Virus record (IMG/VR): IMGVR_UViG_3300046804_006785
Source: a virus
Length of the DNA: 64,000 nt
Direction: 5' to 3' (one strand)
How positions within the stretch are numbered: position 1 is the first letter of the stretch; every line of letters begins with the position of its first letter. The notes beneath the pieces are model-generated. The model did not search any database, had not been told where the DNA came from, and worked only from the letters and a program-made list of their open reading frames with translations. This document shows, in pieces, positions 58,374 through 64,000 of the stretch. A program made the translations under genes and the position numbers.

Positions 58374-58901
58374 ATGAGATTCAGAAGAAATCAGGATTAT
58401 TCCCAAGCATTTGAACTACCAGCACACGTAGAAGCTAATCTGAGATACAGGGCAAAATATAAAGATAAAATCAAGATTATGGCGCGAATAGCTAAGAAAT
58501 CTAGACCTAGAAAACCATTAACAGATGAGCAAAAAGCAAAGGCAAGTATTTGGCATAGGAAAGAAAGTTTAAGGAGGAAACCACTCCAAGAAAGACCTTG
58601 GTGGGATGCTTTACCAGAAGAGCATAAAAACCTCTTTTTAAATGAGTTTGATCCTGAAAAACAAACTATACACCAGTTTAGAACTTATTTAAGTAGTATG
58701 AACCAACCACAAAAACCGCCAACTGAAAACTCTAGTTATGCCTTGACTATTGAACAAGTTAAGGAAATCAGAGAAGCATTTAAAGAAGGTGTTCCCGGTA
58801 TTGCTAATGGTAGAATAGGTGGCTACCTTGCTAAGAAATATGGAGTTAGCCGGCAAACAATCAACTTGATTAAGAACGGAAAAACTTATAAAAAAGTGTG
58901 A
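58374..58901 (+). CDS. DNA-binding protein with C-terminal HTH
   Basis: LTIEQVKEIRE...LAKKYGVSRQTINLIKNGKTYKKV; own promoter 58303-58331. Confidence 0.65.
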   Translation: MRFRRNQDYSQAFELPAHVEANLRYRAKYKDKIKIMARIAKKSRPRKPLTDEQKAKASIWHRKESLRRKPLQERPWWDALPEEHKNLFLNEFDPEKQTIHQFRTYLSSMNQPQKPPTENSSYALTIEQVKEIREAFKEGVPGIANGRIGGYLAKKYGVSRQTINLIKNGKTYKKV

Positions 58902-58902
58902 T

Positions 58903-58931
58903 AAAAAACCCTGAAGTTATCAGGGTTTTTT
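58903..58931. terminator. Bidirectional terminator
   Basis: AAAAAACCCTGA-agtta-TCAGGGTTTTTT. Confidence 0.75.
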
Positions 58932-59014
58932 CTTGTAAGTACAAAATATTAAATCATTTTTTAAGTATGATAAGCACATTTAGTTTAATCTAAATGTGCT
59001 TTCTGTTATTCAAA

Positions 59015-60580
59015 TCAACAGCCTTGCCCTAACCAATTTTTACCTTCAGCAGCTATACGGTTAATCTGTTCCAAGACTTTTAAATCTTTAAAGTCTATAT
59101 GTAACGTCCCTTTCTTAAAAATCTTAAACTTGAAATGCTCATTCTCAAAAGTATCAGAGTATTGTTTACCATACTTTTGATAATTATTACAAAAGTCGCT
59201 AATTGTGGAATAAGTTGATCCATTGTATCTGTTGTCTTTATCGGACTTTATTCCTGATAAAAAATTCATAACGCGATCTAAATCATTGAGAAAATCACTT
59301 TGATAATAGTTAATGCTAAAACTTCCATCATCTGACCATCTACCATCAAAAGTTACACCATTGGGAACAATTATTCTTTTATTAAGTTTCCAAGATTTGT
59401 TAGTTTTCCATCCTTCGTTATGTATTTGATTCTTTTCATGATACGCAGTGGCTTTATCAAAAATCTCTATCACACAATCACGCATCATAGATCCCATGTT
59501 GGCAATAAAGAGATATAAAACTTCTTTAACGTTCTCTTCAGTAAATGCAATTGTGGATTGTTGTACTGTAAATTCTTCAAATTTCTTCCTAAAGTTAGAT
59601 GTTGCCTTGTTTCCTATTTCAGTTTTGATAAATACTGTGTTCCAAAATCTTGACTTTAAATAAGCAAGCTGGGTGTTTAAGTCTGTCTCATTGTCTAAAC
59701 AGGTTGTAGTCTTATCATATCTATCATTACGATCAAATGTACCATAAACTGAATCTGATATACCTTGTAAGTAAAAGTCTAGTTTTGCTTGTGTCTCGTA
59801 GCGTTCTATTACTATTTTCCTCACAGCGTTATAACGTGCTACTAAGTCTCTAACTATATCTCGACTAGCTAAGGCATTAGGGTTAAATTGTTGTTGACCT
59901 AATTCAGCATCTAAATCAAATTTAATTTCCTCAAAGTTAATGGTTACTAATTTTTTAGGTTTAGAAATTTTGAGCATGACAACTTCAACAGTTGTAGGGC
60001 GTTCTGCATTAGTAAAACATCTACCTAACCATTTAATCCTCTTCTGATTTTCAAGGTGTTCTAGGGCATCTGTCAGGTTATTTTCTGAGTAGTTAATACT
60101 CCATCCGTCTTTGCTTTGCTCATTGAAAGATTTACAAAGCAGGTGAATCAAGTTTTGCTTATTCTTGGTATGGGGATTCTTAATTGTTTGGGCGTTGAGT
60201 AAAGCAACTAATGTGCCACCGTCTTTTAAATGTGTATATGCTTTAAGAACATGATCAACGCCGTTACTAAATGGCGGATTCATAAAGATCCAATTAAAAG
60301 TCATCGGCTCATCATATTCCAGGAAATCAAAACCCAAAACTTTATAACCTTTGCCCTGAAGCGTGTATTTTAAATCTTGATTAATTTCTAAAGCATAGAA
60401 TTTTCTTATATCACTATTATTAAATCTGTTTGTATTAAACTCCTTTAGATAGTCTAGAATTGCACCAGATCCACCGTTAGGATCTAATACTGAACCAGCA
60501 TTACCAGATTTGTAATTAGCAAAGCTGACCATTTCGCCTATAGTTGCGTTAGGTGTGGGAAAAAATTCATTTTCTAACAT
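59015..60580 (-). CDS. N6-adenine DNA methyltransferase with DUF4942-like C-terminus
   Basis: FFPTP, LDPNGGSGAI, MNPPF; EGWKTN; FKIFKKGTLHIDF. Confidence 0.85.
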   Translation of the reverse strand: MLENEFFPTPNATIGEMVSFANYKSGNAGSVLDPNGGSGAILDYLKEFNTNRFNNSDIRKFYALEINQDLKYTLQGKGYKVLGFDFLEYDEPMTFNWIFMNPPFSNGVDHVLKAYTHLKDGGTLVALLNAQTIKNPHTKNKQNLIHLLCKSFNEQSKDGWSINYSENNLTDALEHLENQKRIKWLGRCFTNAERPTTVEVVMLKISKPKKLVTINFEEIKFDLDAELGQQQFNPNALASRDIVRDLVARYNAVRKIVIERYETQAKLDFYLQGISDSVYGTFDRNDRYDKTTTCLDNETDLNTQLAYLKSRFWNTVFIKTEIGNKATSNFRKKFEEFTVQQSTIAFTEENVKEVLYLFIANMGSMMRDCVIEIFDKATAYHEKNQIHNEGWKTNKSWKLNKRIIVPNGVTFDGRWSDDGSFSINYYQSDFLNDLDRVMNFLSGIKSDKDNRYNGSTYSTISDFCNNYQKYGKQYSDTFENEHFKFKIFKKGTLHIDFKDLKVLEQINRIAAEGKNWLGQGC

Positions 60581-60644
60581 TTGTAGTGTCCTATTAAGAT
60601 AGTTTGAAACTTGTTAAATCCCCAGATATTTCTGGGGAATGTTA

Positions 60645-62051
60645 CTAAACTAAAGCTAAAACTTCTTTAACTATTGCTTCTTTAAGTTGTACATCTGTGA
60701 CAGTAGCCAAAAGGTTTTGTAGATGTGTAGTAGCATCCTTCACTTGGCTATCAATAGTTGGTTCTGTGGTAACGGGTTCTAACACAGCAACAGCCGTTGA
60801 TTTTATTTCTGGTAAGGCTTCCTCAGTTTCATGATTAACTTCTGTAGATAACTGTGGTAATTCTTCCCAAGCCTTCTCTACTAGACTTTTTACGCCTAAA
60901 GCTTCTACAAACTCATTTAAAATCATTCGATCATAATCTGTAGATTCCATTGATAATAAACCTATATTAAAATCATCTACTTCCACGCCTAACAATCCCC
61001 AAGAATGGGGTAGTTTGATTTTAATTGTTTTAGTTTTTAAGCTATCCACTATCTGTACAAGCTTTTCAGCCTCTATCAAACAGGAAGCAATCACACCAGA
61101 AGTATTAGCTTCTAGATAATCAGAACTATTATCTGTAATAAAGTAAAGATTACCTGCTTGTAAATGCAACCATAATCTTGTAATTTTCTTTTCATTACAA
61201 ATGATTGCCGCTTTTATTCTTGATAATAAGTGCTTCCTATCAAACTCTACATCAGTGTAAACAGTACCATCTTCTAAATTTGTGTCAGGTAGTGGTTTAT
61301 AACTGCGAGTGCCTTGTATTAGTTCCCAATTATCAAAGTTAAAGAACAGTAGATCACCATTTGTTAATTCATATTCCTGTACACTAAAAGTAATATCAGT
61401 GTTCTCTAAGTCCTTTAATTTTTTGACCAGATTCAATTTATTTAAAACTGGAATTAAATCTGGCGGTATAAAAATACTAGGTGCATCTTTGCTTACTTTC
61501 AAATCTGCATAGGCTAATTTATGACCATCACAGGCTGCAAGTTTACCATAAGCTAAATGTACATTATTAAGGTTTTCTGTGTAACTATTTTTGCTGATGT
61601 GTTCACACAAGGTTTTAGCTTTATTGAAAAACTGAATACCATCAACAGTCACTTGTTTATCTGTTTTTTCAGGTTTTGGAAACTCTATGAACTCAGGACT
61701 GTCATAAGCTTTAATAGCTTGTTTCAGATTGTTAGTTCCTATTGTTAATTCTTCACCATTACCAGATAGGATTAACTCTAATACACCGTTAGATTTAATT
61801 TTGGTGATGATATCAGAAAATAGTTTAGCAGGTATACAGCACTCGCCTGGTTCAACTACATTGCAGCTAATAAAAACAGTAAGATATGCCTGTAAATTTG
61901 TTGCCCGTAATCTAATACCCTCTCTACCGTTTTCTTTGATAGTTTGGCAATAAATATTTGCTAAAATTGCATGAGTGGGACGCTTAGGAATTACTGCTAA
62001 TAGTCCAGGTAAAGCTTCAGCTATTTCTTTGATTGTGGTTATGATTCTCAT
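60645..62051 (-). CDS. Divergent DNA polymerase III beta clamp paralogue with C-terminal extension
   Basis: PKRPTHAILANI, LRATNL, PAKLFSDII and AACDGHKLA motifs; 468 aa. Confidence 0.75.
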   Translation of the reverse strand: MRIITTIKEIAEALPGLLAVIPKRPTHAILANIYCQTIKENGREGIRLRATNLQAYLTVFISCNVVEPGECCIPAKLFSDIITKIKSNGVLELILSGNGEELTIGTNNLKQAIKAYDSPEFIEFPKPEKTDKQVTVDGIQFFNKAKTLCEHISKNSYTENLNNVHLAYGKLAACDGHKLAYADLKVSKDAPSIFIPPDLIPVLNKLNLVKKLKDLENTDITFSVQEYELTNGDLLFFNFDNWELIQGTRSYKPLPDTNLEDGTVYTDVEFDRKHLLSRIKAAIICNEKKITRLWLHLQAGNLYFITDNSSDYLEANTSGVIASCLIEAEKLVQIVDSLKTKTIKIKLPHSWGLLGVEVDDFNIGLLSMESTDYDRMILNEFVEALGVKSLVEKAWEELPQLSTEVNHETEEALPEIKSTAVAVLEPVTTEPTIDSQVKDATTHLQNLLATVTDVQLKEAIVKEVLALV

Positions 62052-62055
62052 GTGT

Positions 62056-63156
62056 TTAATCCTTAATTTGAAGAGGCATTACTAAATATTTGATCTTCTG
62101 AGTGCTTAATGGTGAAAAAACCACAGGAGTTAATTTAGCGTTAAGATTAATCTGTACTTCTGTAGAAGTAAGATTTTTTAAAACACTTATTAAGTACGGA
62201 CAATAAAACGCAGTTTTCAAACTATCACCGGATATTTGTGCTGGTAAGGATAATTTAGTTACTCCTACATCAACTACTTGAGATGTTAGAATTATTTCTT
62301 GATTTTCTGGGTTTATTTCAAAGTGAACACCATTATGTTTTAATGAGGAGATTACTTGAATTTTCTCGACAGCATCAAGTAGGGCAATACGATCAACAGT
62401 CAGTTTTTTATCAAACTGTCTAGGAAATAATTTAGTGTATGTTGGGTATTGCCCTTCCATAAGTCTGCTAGTGAGTTTGTAAGTATCAAACTCAAAAGCA
62501 ACATCAAAATCCTTAACAGTGATCTTGACATTATCAACTTTTTCTAGAAGTTTTTGCAGCAATAGACACGCTTGGTTAGAAATTGTAAACTCTGTATCAG
62601 AGTTTGTGTATTCGCTAGTTAATTCTATTAATGAAAGTGTATGTCCATTAGTAGTTGCAAATTCTAAATTATGTCCTTGCAACATAGTCAGATGCACACC
62701 ACAGATATTACCTCTAGTTTCATCTGTACTAGCACTAAATAAAACTGCTTTTATACCTTCTGTAAGTTTCTTTGCTTCTAGCTGGTAAGCATCCCCATCT
62801 TGTATTGTTGGTAAGTCGGGAAAATCTGTAAATGGTGAACTTGGTAATTTGTAGCTCCCAGTGTTAGTCTGTACTAAACAGACTTCATCATTTATAGTCA
62901 AAACTACTTCATCTGCAACTAAAACTTTAAGTAAGCTTAATAACTGCTTACATGGGAGTAAACCGTTACCAGACTCTACTACTTGACCTACTACAGTTGT
63001 TGATAAGCTAACGCTTAAGTCAGTAGTAGTCATTCTTATAATAGAATCTGCTTGTACTAGGGCATAATTTAAAATTGGGGAATACTTAGCATTACAAGCC
63101 AATGCTAGTTTTTCCAGCTGATCACGCAGATCAACAACGGAGCATATTATTTTCAT
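62056..63156 (-). CDS. dnaN: DNA polymerase III beta clamp
   Basis: TTDL, DFPDLP, ASTDETR, ATTNGHTL, RLMEGQYP and YLVMPLQ motifs; 366 aa. Confidence 0.92.
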   Translation of the reverse strand: MKIICSVVDLRDQLEKLALACNAKYSPILNYALVQADSIIRMTTTDLSVSLSTTVVGQVVESGNGLLPCKQLLSLLKVLVADEVVLTINDEVCLVQTNTGSYKLPSSPFTDFPDLPTIQDGDAYQLEAKKLTEGIKAVLFSASTDETRGNICGVHLTMLQGHNLEFATTNGHTLSLIELTSEYTNSDTEFTISNQACLLLQKLLEKVDNVKITVKDFDVAFEFDTYKLTSRLMEGQYPTYTKLFPRQFDKKLTVDRIALLDAVEKIQVISSLKHNGVHFEINPENQEIILTSQVVDVGVTKLSLPAQISGDSLKTAFYCPYLISVLKNLTSTEVQINLNAKLTPVVFSPLSTQKIKYLVMPLQIKD

Positions 63157-63280
63157 TTTTGTTTACTCAATAATTGACATATTTTAAGCAACTTATTTAT
63201 TTTATGTTATAATCTAAGTTACTTGTACTAGATCCACACAAACCCCATGACTAAAACACTTCAAGTCATGGGGTTTTTTA

Positions 63281-63565
63281 TTATGCTACTTTTGCTTTAC
63301 GGAGTTTTGATACTCCTGCATAAGCAGCATCTTTTATTTGTGGCATTGCTTCGGTGTTAAATTCTACTGCTTCTTGTTGAGTTTCTGCCTCAACCAAGAC
63401 GTATTCACAGAAGTTTAAGGATTTACAATCTTCATCCCAGTCGAAATCGCCAACTTGGTTACTGGTCATACTTTTAGCAATCTTTATTGCTGACTGCTTA
63501 GTAGTTATACTGGGGTGAGATTCTTGATCAATGTAGGCATTGTAATAAATTTTATAGGTTGCCAT
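63281..63565 (-). CDS. Hypothetical protein
   Basis: 94 aa; own promoter (TTGACA 63623-63618, TATATT 63600-63595) and terminator 63240-63279. Confidence 0.65.
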   Translation of the reverse strand: MATYKIYYNAYIDQESHPSITTKQSAIKIAKSMTSNQVGDFDWDEDCKSLNFCEYVLVEAETQQEAVEFNTEAMPQIKDAAYAGVSKLRKAKVA

Positions 63566-63693
63566 GTGTTATTTTACCTTTGTTTGTCTATATAAATATA
63601 ACACCATTTTATTCTAATGTCAAGCAAAATAATCACACATTTTACAAGCTGCTTAGAATATGCCATACTGCTAGATAAAACAGGACTACAGCA

Positions 63694-64000
63694 ATGGCAA
63701 CTAAAATCAAACCCTCATTCAAGATTGAACCTATACCTAATCATGCTGGTTTTCAAGCATTGGGAACAGTTAAAGGTAAGTTTACTTACTTAGAAGACCA
63801 AACTGGGATAAACAAGGGTAGAGGTGTTCTAAAAACTAAATACGGTGAGTTCCCTGCTTTTGTGCATAGTAAATGTAGGCAAGTAGTTAAAAATTTATAC
63901 TCAAAATCTCACTATTTTTTAGTATGGTTTAGAAACAGATTGGCTACTGAAGATAATACTGCCACTGTCCAATTTACAATTGTGGGATGCGGTCTAGAAG
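63694..64000 (+). CDS. Partial hypothetical protein (runs off the window)
   Basis: Open frame MATKIKPSFKIEPIPNHAGFQALGTVKG... to the window end; AGGA RBS. Confidence 0.6.
   Translation, partial: MATKIKPSFKIEPIPNHAGFQALGTVKGKFTYLEDQTGINKGRGVLKTKYGEFPAFVHSKCRQVVKNLYSKSHYFLVWFRNRLATEDNTATVQFTIVGCGLE

Overview
This is a 64-kb, AT-rich slice of a large lambda-like siphophage of a freshwater cyanobacterium. Seven HIP1 GCGATCGC sites and an AATTACG repeat point to a cyanobacterial, probably Nostocales, host. It is likely a phage-plasmid: it encodes a 1476-aa primase-helicase of the cyanobacterial plasmid Rep type, and no integrase is visible in the window. Contents in order: Rep and an origin-like region; promoter/terminator-bounded accessory cassettes; TerS; ParB-methylase; TerL; head genes; neck and tail genes with a -1 frameshifted chaperone; a 5399-aa tape measure carrying four cell-wall enzyme domains; a displaced antisense portal; lambda K/I/J/M/L-like tip genes; three 7-bladed propeller receptor-binding domains; more cassettes; a DUF4942-type methylase; and two tandem beta clamps. 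Four observations stand out. (1) An unannotated ~920-nt, promoter-driven, highly structured non-coding RNA with pseudoknots and an end-closing helix (53388-54310). (2) Two origin-like modules 50 kb apart with the same motifs and identical 286-bp spacing. (3) A morphogenesis operon scrambled as if by concentric inversions. (4) Propeller blades showing recent exchange within and between genes. All calls come from reading motifs by eye; no searches were run.
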